A stretch of 64,000 nt of DNA from an uncultured bacterium (GTDB lineage: Bacteria > Verrucomicrobiota > Verrucomicrobiia > Limisphaerales > UBA8199). The notes beneath the pieces were generated by a model. That model made no database searches and was not told where the DNA came from. It worked only from the letters and a program-made list of their open reading frames with translations. The stretch lies in assembly GCA_963749495.1 (NCBI GenBank), contig CAVVMW010000016.1:71708-135707 (forward strand), read 5' to 3'. The number at the start of each line of letters is the position of its first letter. Position 1 is the first letter of the stretch. A program made the position numbers and the translations under genes. Below, in pieces: positions 33,234 to 44,286 of this stretch.

Positions 33234-35546
33234 ATGACTAATAACACCACGAGAAAAACCTGCGCCCTCCTCATCCTGTGTCTCCTCTGGCTGGGCGCCT
33301 CCGCCCCGGCCGCCCCGCCGCGCCCGGTGATCGATGACGATGAATACGTCGGCCAGATCACCGGCGCCAGCGAGAAGCTGCTGCGCGAGCACCGGCTCCA
33401 GCCTCAGGACACGTTGCGCCGGCAGGTGACGACCCGCGGCGTTGCCCTCAAGCCGCTGCCGCCCGCCAGGCATCGGCTCGAACCTCCCGATCTGTGCGAG
33501 CGCCTGCGCCAGAGCACCCTGGCCGTCGGCAGCTATTACAAATGCCCCGATTGCGGCGAGTGGCACTTCAGCGGCAGCGCCGGCTTCGTGGTCGGCGACG
33601 GCATCGTCTGCACCTGCTGCCACGTCGTCCTGGGCCAGGACGAAGGCGTCACCGAGTCCTACCTGGTCGCGGCCGACGCCGACGGGCACGTCTATCCGGT
33701 GCGCTCGGTGCTGGCGGCGGACACGTGGTCCGACACTTGTTTTCTCAAGATCGAGGCCTGCCGGCTCAAGCCGCTGCCGCTGCGCACCAATGTCCGCGCC
33801 GGCGAGCGCGTCTTTTGCCTGAGCCATCCGGGCGGCTACTACTTCATGTTCACCCAGGGCATGGTCGCCCGCTTGAACCGCCGGCCCAACGAGGTCCTCG
33901 ATGAGCACGGCCAGACCAACGGCCTCATGAGCCGCCCCATCCTCTTCCTCAATGTCACGGCCGAATTCGCCCCCGGCTCCAGCGGCGCCCCGGTGGTGGA
34001 CGATGCGGGCAACGTGGTCGGCCAGGTGGCCAGCCTGGCCGATGCCGGCGAGCCCCGCTCCGCCGATACCAACGCCCCCTCCTCGCCCAGCGTGCCGGTC
34101 CGTTTCTGCACGGCTGCCGAGGAAATCCTCCGGCTCACCAGCGCGGACTTCAAGGAGGAGGAGCCCGAGCAAACCGCCCCGGCAGCCCGCGCGGGCGCCC
34201 TGCCGAAGATTCTCATTGCCCGGAACGGGCGCGCTTTCAGCACCGGGTTCGGCACGCCCTTTGTCCCGATGGGCGTGACCTATTATCGGCCTGGAACCGG
34301 CTGGGCGCCTCAAGTCTGGCGCCAGTTCGATGCCGAGGCAACGCGCCGGGATTTCGCCCGGATGAAGGAACTGGGCGTCAACTGCGTGCGGGTCTTTCTC
34401 TCTTACGGTTCCTTCTACACCGACCCAGGCGCGCTGCGGCCCGAGGGGCTGGCGAAGTTCGACCAGTTCCTGGCGCTGGCGGAGGAGGCGGGCCTTTACG
34501 TGCATCCCACCGGCCCGGACCACTGGGAAGGGATGCCCAATTGGCGCCCCGTATCCATCGAGGACGACCAGACCCTGCAGGCCCTGGAGTCCTTCTGGAA
34601 GCTCTTCGCCGCCCGCTACAGGGGGCGCAAGGCCATCTTTGCCTATGACCTCAAGAACGAGCCGGAGGTGGGCTGGGACAAGGGATCGCTCAAGCCCAAG
34701 TGGAACAACTGGCTGCGAGAGCACTACCAGACGGCCGGCAAGCTGGCTGCCGCGTGGGGCGCCACCAATCAACTGGACCTGGGCAACCTGCCCGTGCCCG
34801 CCCCCAAAGACGCCCTCAAAGACCCTGAGTTGCTCGATTTCCAGCGCTTTCGCGAAGGGCTGGCCGATGAATGGACCCGCCGTCAGGTGGCCGCCATCAA
34901 GGCCGCCGACCCGGAGGCCCTGGTCACAGCCGGCCTTATCCAGTGGTCGGTCCCGGCGTTGCTGCCCGACGGCCCGCGCACTTATGCCGCCTTCCGCCCC
35001 GAGCGGCAGGCGAAGTTCCTGGACTTCCTCGAAATCCACTTCTACCCCCTGGCGCGCGGCGCTTACGATTACCGGAGCCAGATCGATGAGTTGGCCAACC
35101 TCGCCTACCTCGAGTCCGTGGTGCGCGAGGCGGCCCGCCCCGGCAAACCGGTCGTGTTGGCCGAGTTCGGCTGGTATGGCGGCGGCAAACCCCACTTTGA
35201 CGGCGGCGCGCACCCCGAGGCCACCGAAGAACAGCAGGCCCGCTATTGCCGGCGCCTGGTCGAGACCTCCGCCGGGTTCGTCACCGGCTGGCTCAACTGG
35301 GGCTTCTACGATCACCCGCAGGCGGGCGACTGCAGCGAGCTGACCGGCCTCATGACCGTGGACGCCAGGTGCAAGGCCTGGGGCACTGCGTTCCGGGAAT
35401 TATCGGAGCGCTACCGCGGCAAATCGATGGCGCCCCCCAAGACCGGCCCTCGCCCGGCGCTGGACTGGGACGCCCTGGTGACCAGCACGCAGGCGGGAAC
35501 CGACTTCCGCCAGAAATACCTCGAAGCCTTTTTGGCGGACAAGTAG
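33234..35546 (+). CDS. Secreted fusion of a trypsin-like serine protease and a GH5-like (clan GH-A) hydrolase
   Basis: TCCHV / DT / GSSGAP triad; LKNEP and LAEFG catalytic glutamates; single open frame. Confidence 0.8.
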   Translation: MTNNTTRKTCALLILCLLWLGASAPAAPPRPVIDDDEYVGQITGASEKLLREHRLQPQDTLRRQVTTRGVALKPLPPARHRLEPPDLCERLRQSTLAVGSYYKCPDCGEWHFSGSAGFVVGDGIVCTCCHVVLGQDEGVTESYLVAADADGHVYPVRSVLAADTWSDTCFLKIEACRLKPLPLRTNVRAGERVFCLSHPGGYYFMFTQGMVARLNRRPNEVLDEHGQTNGLMSRPILFLNVTAEFAPGSSGAPVVDDAGNVVGQVASLADAGEPRSADTNAPSSPSVPVRFCTAAEEILRLTSADFKEEEPEQTAPAARAGALPKILIARNGRAFSTGFGTPFVPMGVTYYRPGTGWAPQVWRQFDAEATRRDFARMKELGVNCVRVFLSYGSFYTDPGALRPEGLAKFDQFLALAEEAGLYVHPTGPDHWEGMPNWRPVSIEDDQTLQALESFWKLFAARYRGRKAIFAYDLKNEPEVGWDKGSLKPKWNNWLREHYQTAGKLAAAWGATNQLDLGNLPVPAPKDALKDPELLDFQRFREGLADEWTRRQVAAIKAADPEALVTAGLIQWSVPALLPDGPRTYAAFRPERQAKFLDFLEIHFYPLARGAYDYRSQIDELANLAYLESVVREAARPGKPVVLAEFGWYGGGKPHFDGGAHPEATEEQQARYCRRLVETSAGFVTGWLNWGFYDHPQAGDCSELTGLMTVDARCKAWGTAFRELSERYRGKSMAPPKTGPRPALDWDALVTSTQAGTDFRQKYLEAFLADK

Positions 35547-35555
35547 GTTCACCCC

Positions 35556-36200
35556 ATGCGAAATGCGGCGGCGGCGGTGCTGGTCTTTGCCGGCGGGTTC
35601 ATCATGATGGTGCTCGAAATCATTGGGGCGCGCTTCCTGCCGAAGTACTTCGGCAGTTCATTCCATATCTGGGTCAGCCAGATCGGCGTGGTCCTCATTG
35701 CGCTGGCGATCGGGTATTACCTGGGCGGGGCTTTGGCAGACCGCTGGCCCCGGCCCCGGGTGCTGGCGCTGGGCCTGTTCCCGGCTGCCCTGTGGATGTT
35801 CCTCATCCCAACGTGCGCCGATTGGCTGATCGATAAGATCATTTCGCGGCATCCGCCGGACCAGCCGATCCCGGCGGTCTGGCAGCGGCTGGATCCGGTC
35901 CTGGGCAGCATGCTCGTTTTCCTGATGCCCTGTGTCGTGCTGGCCACGTTGTCGCCTTACATGATTCGGGTGGCGACTCGCAGCCTGTCCGAAGTGGGCC
36001 GGGCCAGCGGATTCATCATTGCGGCCAGCACCGTCGGGAGCATCGCCGGTGTCTTCGTCTCCGGGTTCGTCCTCATCGATAACATGCGAATATCGAGCAT
36101 CTTCCGGCTCATGGGCGGCCTGACCGTGCTCCTGGGCCTGCTCTGCCTGGCCCTGGACCGCTGGCTGCGCGCAACCGCGCGGCGGGCCACAGCTCAGTAG
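35556..36200 (+). CDS. Membrane protein resembling the N-terminal domain of fused MFS/spermidine synthases
   Basis: MVLEIIGARFL...GYYLGGALADR...STVGSIAG. Confidence 0.8.
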   Translation: MRNAAAAVLVFAGGFIMMVLEIIGARFLPKYFGSSFHIWVSQIGVVLIALAIGYYLGGALADRWPRPRVLALGLFPAALWMFLIPTCADWLIDKIISRHPPDQPIPAVWQRLDPVLGSMLVFLMPCVVLATLSPYMIRVATRSLSEVGRASGFIIAASTVGSIAGVFVSGFVLIDNMRISSIFRLMGGLTVLLGLLCLALDRWLRATARRATAQ

Positions 36201-36339
36201 CCCCAAGGGCTCATGCATGACGCCGTCGCGCCCGATCGTCCGTGCCATGGTGGTACTGACACGGAGCGCCCGCAGGCCGGGGGCGCATCCCGAGACTGCC
36301 CCCACCGCCGGGGGCCGGACCGGAGTGCGCCCGTCCCCG

Positions 36340-38716
36340 CTGCACCTTACACGCATTTTTTCCCACTAGACAAAGTTCTCGAATTCCGGCAGATGATCGG
36401 GATGCAAGAACCAATCTTCGTATGCGGGCGCGAGTTTCGCCCTGAAGTTGTCGAACATCTCAACCAACTGGCCCGGCAGGAACCCGAGCCTACGGGTAAT
36501 ACACTGGCCCGGGAGGCCTGTGGGCTGCTGGCGTGGTATCGGCCGGACGGGCGGCTGGCCCTATCCAGTGCCAAGGTGGCGCTGCGCAAACTGCAGAAGC
36601 GCGGAATCCTGGTGCTGCGCCAGGCCAGGAGCAAAGCCCGACATCGGTTGCGGGCTAGCGGCCAGAAGCTGCCGCCCTTGAGCGAGGTGCCGCCACGGGT
36701 CGATCAGATCCAGGGGTTGAGCCTGCACTTGTTAAGCGGGCAGGAGGATCCGCTGCACGGAGTCTGGAACGACTTGATTATCGCGCAGCATCCCTGCGGC
36801 GACGCCCCCCTAGTGGGAGCCCAACTTCGCTACCTGATCGGCAGCGACCATGGCTGGCTGGGAGCGCTGGGTTTTGGCCCCCCCGCCTTTGCGTTAGCCT
36901 CGCGCGACCAGTGGATTGGCTGGTCCACAGCGGCTCGTTTGGGCCACTTGCGCGAGGTAGTCGGTTTATCGCGATTGCTCATTCGCAACGAGGTTCACTG
37001 CACCAATTTGGCCTCCAGGGTGTTGAGTTTGGCGCTGGCGCGGCTGGCGCAGGATTGGCAGGCGCGGTATGGGATCCGACCCCAATTAGTCGAAACCTAC
37101 GTGGATCGCTCCAAGTTCACGGGGCGGTGCTTCAGCGCGGCCAATTGGTTGCGGGTGGGAGCCAGCACGGGCCGTGGCCGGCTGGCTCTAAAACGGCGGT
37201 CAAGAGCTTGAAGGACGTCTGGGTGTTCCCACTGGATGGGAGGGCTCGCCAGAAGCTGCAGAGCGAAGTGCCGCCGCCGCTCAGCCCGCAGCAACTGGAG
37301 CAAAGTCTGACGCAGAAGGATTGGTGCGCTTACGAGATGGCGGGACTGGATTTAGGCGACCAGCGCCGCCAGCAACGCGCGGTCAAAATCCTGGAAGCCC
37401 GTTGGCAGCAGCCGCAAGCCAGCTTCTACGGCAGCTTTAGCTCCTGGCCTCCGGCCAAGGCGGCCTATGGGTTGATCGAGCACCACAGCCGGGAAATCAG
37501 TCTGGAGCGGCTGTTGGAGGCGCACCAGCAAGCGACGGAGGCCCGCATGGCGGCCGAGCCGCTGGTGCTCCTGCCGCAGGACACTACCGGACTCAATTAC
37601 ACCGGCTTGGAGCAGACCAGCGGCTTGGGACCCTTGGGCGAGGAAAAGGGCCGTGGTCTGTGGCTGCACTCGCTGCTGGCCTTTCGCCCAGATGGCGTGC
37701 CCTTGGGCGTGCTGGATGCGCGGTGCTGGGCGCGGCCGCCAGAAGACCCCTCGGGACGAGGCCGCAACGCCAAATCCATTGACGAAAAGGAAAGCTTTCG
37801 CTGGATAGAGGCTTTTCAACGGGCAGGCGCGGCAGCGCGGCGCATGCCCCAAACGCAACTGGTAGTGATCACCGATCGCGAAGGGGACCTCTACGAGTTG
37901 CATGACGCCGCTCAGATTGGGCCTGCCAATCTGCACGTGCTGGTCCGTGCGCAGCACGACCGCAAGCTGGACTGCCACGAAAAACTGTGGGCTTTCATGG
38001 AAAGCCAGCCGGTAGGCGAGACCCGTCCGCTGAAGCTGCCGCGGCATCGGGGCCAGCCCCCGCGCACGGCGCAGGTGCAGGTGCGGTGGTCCTCCGTAAC
38101 CATTGAAGCCCCCGCCGTGGGGTGCAAGAAGGGTTGGCCCTCGTTGGCCCTGTGGGCGGTTTGGGTGCATGAGACCAACCCGCCAGGGGGCACCGAGCCC
38201 ATTGATTGGATGCTGCTGACCGATCTGCCGATCATGAACGCCCAACAGGCCTGGGAGAAAGTGCAATGGTATTGCCGCCGCTGGGGCATCGAAGAGTGGC
38301 ATCGCGCGCTGAAGAACGGTTGTGGAGTCGAACACCGGGAATTTAAAACCGCCGAACATCTTGAGCGGGTGTTGGCCTTCGATTTGATCGTGGCTTGGCG
38401 GGTCTTGGCCTGTGTTAAACTGGGGCGAGCTTTGCCGCAACTGCCCGCCAGCGTGTTGTACTCGCCCGACGAACTACAAGTATTGCAAGCGGCTGTAAAA
38501 AAAACTTCAGCCGAGAAGAGGCAGCGCGTCTCACCCTGGGGGAAGCCAACAGGCTGGTCGGCAGACTGGGAGGCTACTTGGGGAGAAAAGGTGATGGAGA
38601 ACCAGGCGCCGAGAGTATCGGTTCCGGCCTGCGCAGATTAATGGACTTGTCGTGGGGCTGGCGATTACAACAACGGGCAAGGGAGATTGCGCAATGAAAA
38701 TGCGTGTAAGGTGCAG
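36340..38716 (+). mobile_element. IS4-family (IS50/Tn5-like) element
   Basis: Perfect terminal IR CTGCACCTTACACGCATTTT / AAAATGCGTGTAAGGTGCAG; imperfect flanking repeat CGTCCCCG / CGTCCCGG. Confidence 0.9.
36402..38697 (+). CDS. DUF4338 + IS4 transposase fusion, frameshifts near 37185 and at the A8 run 38497-38504
   Basis: GAQLRYL..RDQWIGWS..NLASRVLS..LVETYVD (DUF4338); LGDQRR, QDTT, DREGD, YCRRWGIEEWHRALKNG; LGGYLGRKGDGEPG in the -1 frame. Confidence 0.9.
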
Positions 38717-38903
38717 CGTCCCCGGGCGCAGCGACGTCCGCAGCCCGGGCAGCGCTCAAACACTCCAACGCGCCTGCCCGCTCCGTCGCTGCTGCCCCCG
38801 GGGACGGGCGCACTCCGGGGGCGGTGTCGGGATGCATCCGCAGGCCGGAACCAGTTGTCCAAAGGCTTGCGGTACATTGCGGGTGGGTTTACGCTGGGCA
38901 ACA

Positions 38904-39098
38904 ATGAATGTGTTCCTGAGTTACTCGTCGGGGGAACAGATCGCGGCCGAGATCGCGGAGATGCGCAAGGCGTCGCGGGAGATTCTCGCGTCGCCCCGAA
39001 AGCGCCTGGAATTCCTGCAACGTGTCGGCCTGTTGGAATCCACCAGGAAGCGCCAGAGGTCCAGGCGGAAGTCCGCAGCAGCGTCCCGGCTTCACTGA
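38904..39098 (+). CDS. Small basic protein, possible antitoxin
   Basis: 64 aa ORF directly upstream of an ART-like gene. Confidence 0.45.
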   Translation: MNVFLSYSSGEQIAAEIAEMRKASREILASPRKRLEFLQRVGLLESTRKRQRSRRKSAAASRLH

Positions 39099-39107
39099 TG
39101 CTCGCCC

Positions 39108-39659
39108 ATGCTGCCGAGGCCAATTGTCTTGGGCTACCACGGTTGTCGGCGGACCTTGGTCTTGCAAGTGGTGGCCGGACGGAAGAGTCTCACCCCGAGC
39201 GCCAACGATTATGACTGGCTTGGACACGGCATCTACTTTTGGGCGGACGACCCCAAACGAGCCAAGGAATGGGCCGAGAGGTTGGGTCTGCCACAGCCAG
39301 CGGTGGTTGGCGCGGTGATCGACCTGGGGAATTGTCTTCACTTGGCTAACTGAGACTGTTTGGGATTTCTGCAGGAGGCCTGTCGGCACCTCCAGCAGAC
39401 CTACGAACGGCAGAAAGCGCCCCTTCCTCGGAACACCGGCCGCTCCTTCCGGAACCGCAAGCTCGATTGCGCCGTTTTCGAGACCGTTCACGACTTTCGC
39501 CGCCAGAGGAGCCTCCCGCCGTTCGACACAGTCGCCGCCTACTTCGTTGAAGGCGAAGAATTGTACGCAGGCGCCGCGGTGCGCGCGCTGGATCATGTGC
39601 AGATTTGTGTCCGAAACCCGCGGCAAATCCTCGGCTACTTCCTACCGTCCGGGACTTGA
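39108..39659 (+). pseudogene. ADP-ribosyltransferase-fold (DUF3990-like) protein with one in-frame TGA
   Basis: GYHGC...YDWLGHGIYFW...HVQICVRN; TGA at 39351-39353, same frame resumes. Confidence 0.7.
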
Positions 39660-39670
39660 GCGGCCCCCGC

Positions 39671-40681
39671 TCATTGCTCTTTGACCGCCGCCCAGTTTTG
39701 ATCCGGGTCGTAGGTGGTCATTGCCTTGGCGATTGAGGCGGTGCGGAGCCCGAGGTTCTTCTGGAAGACCTTGCCTTGCTGGTTGACGATGAAAGTCATC
39801 ACCCCGGTGTTGCCCCATTCCGCGGGCCAGGCGACCAGCGCGAAGCCGCCGATCATGTGGCCGTTGATGATATAGCTGTACTTGCCGCCCGGTGTGTGTT
39901 TGCCCTGCCGGGTCAGGATCTTGAAGTAATAGCCGTGGTAGGGCGACTGCTCTTCAGTCAGGATTTTGGTCTTCTGCCGATACCCCTCGATTCGGGCCAG
40001 GGCGACGAGCGGGCCCAAGGGGCTGAGTTCATCGCCAGTGCGGGTTGACCAGTAGAGGCCGTCATGCGCGCCGGGGGCGCTGCGAAGGTGCTGGGCGTAT
40101 TCCAGCACTTGGTCCCCGTTGCGATCCACGCTCGCATACTCGCGCTGGGCCTCGACGTAGGCGCGGCAGACGGCGATGGCGCCCAACTCGTTGGAGCCAA
40201 TGCGCCGGTTGAGGATCTCCTCCGCGCCGGCTTCGGTGTCGAAGTGCCATTGCCCATCCTGTTTGACCAGCGGGACAGGAAAGGGCCAGCCGTCGGCGCC
40301 CAGTTGCAGCACGTCCCTGGACTCGGACTCCGGGACCAGGTTGACCTTCTCCTGGAGGCGGCGCAAGAACAATTCCCGCTCCTCGGCCGCCTCCACAACG
40401 TCGGCCGAGACCAGGCCGTGCGCGGCCGGACCAAAGATCGCGTGCAAGGCATTGGTGTCCCTGGCCTCAGCCGCCGCCTTGAGCGCCTCGACGGCGGCCT
40501 GAGGGGAGCTGAATTGCTCCTCGCCCGCAGCCGCCAGACGCCCAGGCAGCGCCAACATCAGGGATGCCAGGGCCAATCCGGACACGGGCCAGCCACGGCA
40601 GCCAAGGGCGCGAATCAGAATGGGTTGCCGGGAACTGATGTGTCTCCATTGGCGAACAGGGGAAAATTTGCAGAGTTTCAT
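39671..40681 (-). CDS. DUF2950 family protein
   Basis: GWPFPVPLVK, RRIGSNEL, PYHGYYFKIL, GFALVAWPAEWGNTGVMTFIV. Confidence 0.95.
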   Translation of the reverse strand: MKLCKFSPVRQWRHISSRQPILIRALGCRGWPVSGLALASLMLALPGRLAAAGEEQFSSPQAAVEALKAAAEARDTNALHAIFGPAAHGLVSADVVEAAEERELFLRRLQEKVNLVPESESRDVLQLGADGWPFPVPLVKQDGQWHFDTEAGAEEILNRRIGSNELGAIAVCRAYVEAQREYASVDRNGDQVLEYAQHLRSAPGAHDGLYWSTRTGDELSPLGPLVALARIEGYRQKTKILTEEQSPYHGYYFKILTRQGKHTPGGKYSYIINGHMIGGFALVAWPAEWGNTGVMTFIVNQQGKVFQKNLGLRTASIAKAMTTYDPDQNWAAVKEQ

Positions 40682-40724
40682 CGTCTGTTGAATTGTTGGG
40701 TAAAAGGGCTATTGCGCTGCAGGC

Positions 40725-41847
40725 TCAGTGTTTTCCCCCGCGGCTCGGGGCCGCCGAGTGGGCCGCCGGGGCTGAACGGGCCGGGGCCGCTGCCGGCCGG
40801 GACGAACTGACTTGGCGGCTCTGCTGCCCGCGTGTGCTGAACTGCTGGGTTTGATGAGCACTCTGGATGCCGATGAGGGAGCCGCTGGCCGGGCGCGAGC
40901 GGGGCACCTCGACCGGGTGCTGGATGGCCACCGGGGCGGACCTCCGTGGGGCCGGCGCCGGGGCCTGTTGCCGCTCCGGCAGCCTGGGCTGCGCCCCAAT
41001 TACGGTTACCGGGCTGTGAAATGCGGTTACCGGGGTGCGAACCGGGCCAGCGCCCCACCCGCGATCCAGGCCCCTGCCGGGCAGAGCGGGATGGTAGCGC
41101 GGCTCCCAAACCCTTGTCTGCTCCATCTCGATCCGGGGGCGGTCCCCGGGGCGGCGAGACCACCAATCCCCCGGGCGCGGGTGGTCATGGCCCCAGAACG
41201 ATGACGTGGTGATTGCGCCAGTCAAAGTCGCAACTGAGCCATAGGCCCAGCGGCAGGCCCAGACCGAAGGAGATGAACGGCACGCCCTGCGGCCGTTGGT
41301 AATAGACTAAATCAGGCTGATACTCAGGCACATACATCACCTGCGGATTGGCCGGGAGGATTTCGGTCATCCCATTGTCGGTGATGACATTCTCTTGCGG
41401 TGTGGATTGCAGGTTGCCCAGGGACACGGCCTGCGCGCGGAGCCGTTGAATGGAATCCATCACGTCCTGTTGCTGGTAGAGGAAGGCCTGCCCAACGGCC
41501 GTCGTCCACGCGAGGTTATCGTCCATCCACTTGAGGACGGTCGGGTAGCGGGCCAGCGCCATGACGCTCGCATCCCAGGGCTGCTGGTCGATCAGGTTCG
41601 GGTCGCCGCCCCCGTTCACATAGCGATCCGCCAGGACGATCTCCGAGGGCAGCGTCACCGCCGGCAGCAGTTGCGCGATCAACGGGTCGGGGTAGAGCGC
41701 GATCGGCCCGAACATCTGGTCCAAGTCCGGCCCGGAGCGCAGTTGCGCTTGCGGCGCCGGAGGCGGGGCCGGTATTTGGGCCTGTGCGAACGCTCCGGTG
41801 CCGAGGAGCGCCGCCAACACGGCCTTGGAAATCAATGTTCGTTTCAT
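40725..41847 (-). CDS. DUF3300 family protein, frameshift near 41200
   Basis: LDQMFGPIALYPDPLIAQLL, WDASVMALARYP, DVMDSIQRLR. Confidence 0.9.
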
Positions 41848-41860
41848 AACTTCTTGCCCC

Positions 41861-42487
41861 TCAACGCCACCCTCCTCCAATCCAAACGTAGCCTCGCCCA
41901 CGCCTGCCCCAATGTCCACCTATCCAGACCGCGCCGGGATGCGGGCGAATGACCCAACCGCCACCTATCCACACCCACGTGCCGTTCCAGGTCCAGTAGC
42001 CTGGCGCCCAGACGTAATCGGGCCCTGGCGCTACCGGCACGACCTCGACTTGCTGTGGCGGGGGTGCTTGACCCACGACCGTTCCGGGCGGCTGCGGCGC
42101 CACTTGGGGTGAAGGGGCAGGCACCGCCGTTGTGGCTGGTGGCGCAGGGGTGGCGGGTTGCGGGGCCGTTGCCGCCGCGCCTGCAGGCGGATAGGCGGTT
42201 TGAGGCGGATAGCTGTGTGCCGCCGGCGGCGCGTAAGCCGGCACTGGCTGGTAGGTCGGCACGTACACCACGCGCCGCTCGACGCAGCCTGCGAGCAAGG
42301 CCGATACACCTGCCAGCAGCAGGGCCGCAGACACTCTGTTGCGCCGCTTCTGCTGCGCGCGCACAGGGTGCGGAGTGCCGAGCGCCGATGCCCGTTGGCC
42401 GATGGGCCAAGCGCGTGGGCTCGATTTGCACACCACGGCGAGACCGGGTCTGATTTCATCTGTCTCTTGCGTATTCATGAGGTTCAT
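41861..42487 (-). CDS. YXWGXW-repeat putative lipoprotein (start uncertain)
   Basis: LLAGC lipobox, YVWAPGYW/VWIGGHW repeats. Confidence 0.8.
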   Translation of the reverse strand: MNLMNTQETDEIRPGLAVVCKSSPRAWPIGQRASALGTPHPVRAQQKRRNRVSAALLLAGVSALLAGCVERRVVYVPTYQPVPAYAPPAAHSYPPQTAYPPAGAAATAPQPATPAPPATTAVPAPSPQVAPQPPGTVVGQAPPPQQVEVVPVAPGPDYVWAPGYWTWNGTWVWIGGGWVIRPHPGAVWIGGHWGRRGRGYVWIGGGWR

Positions 42488-42730
42488 GACTTTCGTGTTT
42501 CGCTTGTTCTTTCACTCGCACGCCACTATCCCATCCACCTTCTTCCATCGATCAGACTTCGCCAAATGGCCCGGAATGCCACCGATGGGACGAAACCGGG
42601 TCCAGCCGGGATGAAAGGGGCGAAAGCGGGGATATAGACCCCCGGTCGCCAAGCACTTCGGCGGCCGTCGTCACATCCAACGTTACTAGGATTTGACGCT
42701 AACTCAGAGGTGCCCCATCGCCAAGTCCTT

Positions 42731-42917
42731 GTCCCGGAGGGACATTCGACAGTAGCCCAACGTTTCAACGTTGGGTAGGAGCGCCCAGACCTTCACGAGT
42801 CCCGAAGGGACGGCTGAGGGGGGGGCGATGTCAGCCGTCCCTCCGGGACTTGTTGGCCTTTGTATGGCTGAACCCAACGTTGAAACGTTGGGCTATTATC
42901 ATGCGTCCCTCCGGGAC
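42731..42917. repeat. REP/REPIN-like nested palindrome, family A copy 2
   Basis: Same stems as 14916-15100 with different spacers. Confidence 0.85.
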
Positions 42918-42991
42918 GAACATGAAATCCTAGTGACATTGGTCGTCACGTCCGCGCGTGACTTGGGCCGCTCCATCCGCTATTGTCAAGA

Positions 42992-44191
42992 ATGATGAGT
43001 GAAACCTCTCTGGGTTCTACATCGTCCCTGGGCGGGAGTATGGAGCCGATGCGGCCAGGCCCGGGCGCGGGTGGGGCGAGCCGCGCGGGAGAGTTGCGGC
43101 GTTGGCGTTTCTCCAGCTTTTGGTGGCTGGTGACGGCGTTTTGGCTCTTTATCGCGCTGGCCTCGGCTTTGGAGATGTCGCTGCTCCAGTCGGCCAACAT
43201 CGGCCGGGCGCTGGTGGTGGCCCTGGTCCGGCTGGTGCCGTGGATCTTTCTGACACCCCTGATCGTCTGGGTCTCCTCGGTCTATACCCTGGAGCGGTCC
43301 ACCTGGAAGCGCTCTCTCTGGGTCCACCTGGGGGTATGCGCCGCGAGCTTGGGGGTTGTGGGCACTTTCGCCTATTTGAGCCCGCCTGCGCCGCCGCTTT
43401 CGCGGCCTGACCCCGCGGAACTGAATCGGCTGGATCGCGAGCCTCGAGAGACCGCATTCGTGGTCCTGCGCCGGATCACCTACCAATTGCCCATCTTCTG
43501 GGGCCTGGTCGGGGTGGCGCACGCGCTCCGCTTTTACGAGCACAGCAAGGCCCGCGAACGGCACGAGGTCGAACTGGAATCGCGCCTGGCCCGGGCCCGC
43601 CTCCAGGCCCTGCGCATGCAACTCAATCCCCATTTCCTGTTCAACACCCTCAACTCGATTGCCTCGCTGGTCCATGAGCAGCCCCAGGCCGAGGAAATGA
43701 TCGAGGCCCTGAGCGACCTGTTGCGGGTCACGCTCACGGCCTCCGACCGGGCGGAGGTCACCTTGCGTGAGGAACTCCATTTCCTGGACCGTTACCTGCT
43801 CATCGAGCGGATCCGCTTCGGCGACCGCTTGCGCGTCCAAAAACAGGTCGAGCCGGCCGCATTGGATGCGGTGGTGCCGATCCTCATTTTGCAGCCGCTG
43901 GTGGAAAACGCCGTCAAGCACGGCATCGAGGCCCGGATTGGTCCCGGAATGATCCGCATCGCTGTCAGGCGCGACGGCGACGCCCTGCGCCTGGAGGTCA
44001 GCGACAATGGCCGGGGCCTGGGCGCCGATGGAGATGCCAAACTCAAGGAGGGGGTTGGCTTGACCAACACCCGTTCGCGCCTCAAGGAGCTTTACGGTGG
44101 GCGCGCCTCGCTCGACTTGCGCCCCGGCGAAACGGGCGGCCTGTCCGCCCAAATCGAGATACCCTGGTGCAGCGCCCTCCAGGCGGTTTGA
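42992..44191 (+). CDS. LytS/YehU-family histidine kinase
   Basis: [37 protein letters not shown]. Confidence 0.95.
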   Translation: MMSETSLGSTSSLGGSMEPMRPGPGAGGASRAGELRRWRFSSFWWLVTAFWLFIALASALEMSLLQSANIGRALVVALVRLVPWIFLTPLIVWVSSVYTLERSTWKRSLWVHLGVCAASLGVVGTFAYLSPPAPPLSRPDPAELNRLDREPRETAFVVLRRITYQLPIFWGLVGVAHALRFYEHSKARERHEVELESRLARARLQALRMQLNPHFLFNTLNSIASLVHEQPQAEEMIEALSDLLRVTLTASDRAEVTLREELHFLDRYLLIERIRFGDRLRVQKQVEPAALDAVVPILILQPLVENAVKHGIEARIGPGMIRIAVRRDGDALRLEVSDNGRGLGADGDAKLKEGVGLTNTRSRLKELYGGRASLDLRPGETGGLSAQIEIPWCSALQAV

Positions 44192-44286
44192 AGAAAGGGC
44201 GCCAATGCGATTTCAAATCCGCGATTTGCCGGTGGGCCGACGCCACCGCGTCCCTTTGGTCCCTTTGGCCCCTTTGGTCCTTCCTT

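Noticed and set aside
36402..37200. Druantia defence system
   Set aside because: DUF4338 lies inside IS ends, fused to a transposase; no DruE helicase or other dru genes
39351..39353. Selenocysteine or recoded TGA
   Set aside because: No SECIS-like hairpin or redox motif context is evident; other genes use TGA as a normal stop
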